DNA of 63,875 nt, filler included, from Octopus bimaculoides (Eukaryota), in assembly GCF_001194135.2 (NCBI RefSeq). It is 5 parts of 5 records of this genome, joined end to end, with 100 filler letters (N's around TTAATTAATTAA, not from the genome) between each part and the next. Parts side by side here need not be neighbours in the genome. Positions count along the whole stretch, not along the records: positions 62,818 to 63,875 come from NW_026338791.1; 4 more parts are not named here. One strand, given 5' to 3'. Every line of letters begins with the position of its first letter. The first letter of the stretch is position 1. This document shows positions 63,649-63,875 of this stretch, piece after piece. The notes beneath the pieces are model-generated. The model was not told the DNA's origin. It ran no database searches and was given only the letters and a program-made list of their open reading frames with translations. A program made the position numbers and the translations under genes.

Positions 63649-63875
63649 GATATTGCCGAAAAATCTCCGGAGGAAGAAAATTCCACAGTTTTACATGTTT
63701 GATTCCTCGTGTATTTCAACAGAAACGTTTATTAATATGAATGGAATCTCTTAAACCTGGAGGTGCAATGTATTTCAACTTATTTCACAATATTTTCGAA
63801 TCATAACTCTAACTAGGATAGATAGATGTATATATATATATGTATATCTTTACATATATACATATATATATATAT

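Overview
AT-rich, microsatellite-dense eukaryotic scaffold with many N gaps. It is very probably octopus, inferred from the recurring tRNA-derived SINE families and repeat landscape. Positions 1-17 are an Illumina adapter remnant, and four gaps are artificial N44-TTAATTAATTAA-N44 spacers. No intact gene can be called with confidence; only a few low-confidence exon candidates are given. Nearly all ORF-track entries are microsatellite, gap-spanning or decayed-transposon artefacts. Recognisable content is decayed mobile DNA: R4/Dong-type RLE LINEs, CR1/L2-type and RTE LINE fragments, mariner, Tc1 and DD37D remnants, hAT- and piggyBac-like MITEs, three SINE families, and Penelope-like (GIY-YIG) 3' ends. 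The main signal is more than ten intact or decayed minimal type I hammerhead ribozyme (HHR) motifs from several unrelated sequence families. Most have an extra nucleotide after CUGANGA and a family-specific self-complementary stem III. They occur (i) in a 352-nt unit with a 38-nt terminal redundancy (retrozyme/pLTR-like), (ii) behind a tRNA-like Pol III cassette in a Penelope 3' UTR, (iii) in three head-to-head palindromes, and (iv) in a SINE-HHR chimera. Structures were read by eye and activity is untested.
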